Part shown: positions 36,236-36,300 of the stretch, one piece after another
Position numbering within the stretch: the stretch's first letter is position 1
How the letters are laid out: every line of letters begins with the position of its first letter
Assembly (NCBI GenBank): GCA_016839945.1
Contig: JAEOTE010000009.1
Coordinates: 1-36,300, forward strand
Length of the DNA: 36,300 nucleotides
Reading direction: 5' to 3'
Source: Candidatus Heimdallarchaeota archaeon
Lineage (GTDB): Archaea; Asgardarchaeota; Heimdallarchaeia; Heimdallarchaeales; Heimdallarchaeaceae
Notes under the pieces: model-generated
The model's database searches: none
Told to the model about the DNA's origin: nothing
What the model saw: the letters and a program-made list of their open reading frames with translations, nothing else
Made by a program: the position numbers and the translations under genes

Positions 36236-36300
36236 AATTCTTTCCCTATCTTATGTTTTTGTTAATCAATTTAATTCTTTTGCCAAATACATTTAAGGAA

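Overview
AT-rich (roughly 30% GC by eye) archaeal chromosomal segment with TTTATA boxes, GGAGG/GGTGA Shine-Dalgarno motifs and oligo-T terminators. The gene content points to an Asgard archaeon, probably Heimdallarchaeia-like (inference): a Rab-like small GTPase, two TPR proteins with longin-like C-termini, a PIG-B/ALG9-like GT22 mannosyltransferase, a stand-alone XPF/ERCC4 nuclease, MptE and many C-terminally anchored surface proteins. Recognisable modules are a DUF47-PiT-DUF47 phosphate operon, a lactate-dehydrogenase-like/EtfB/Fd-EtfA operon, a PTPS-III + MptE pterin pair, a DEAD-box helicase, a CLC-CBS channel, an EamA transporter and a Nudix hydrolase. I saw no rRNA, tRNA, CRISPR array or transposase. 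The least explained signals are: (1) three dispersed paralogs of an unrecognised ARWxxCxxCG...HKC...TSW zinc-binding protein, one behind a repeat-rich divergent promoter that also drives a 77-aa gene and an unannotated 33-aa membrane peptide; (2) a circularly permuted family-5 solute-binding protein; (3) a duplicated promoter element whose four differences form two compensatory pairs; (4) a GC-rich pseudoknot or operator candidate upstream of the EamA gene.
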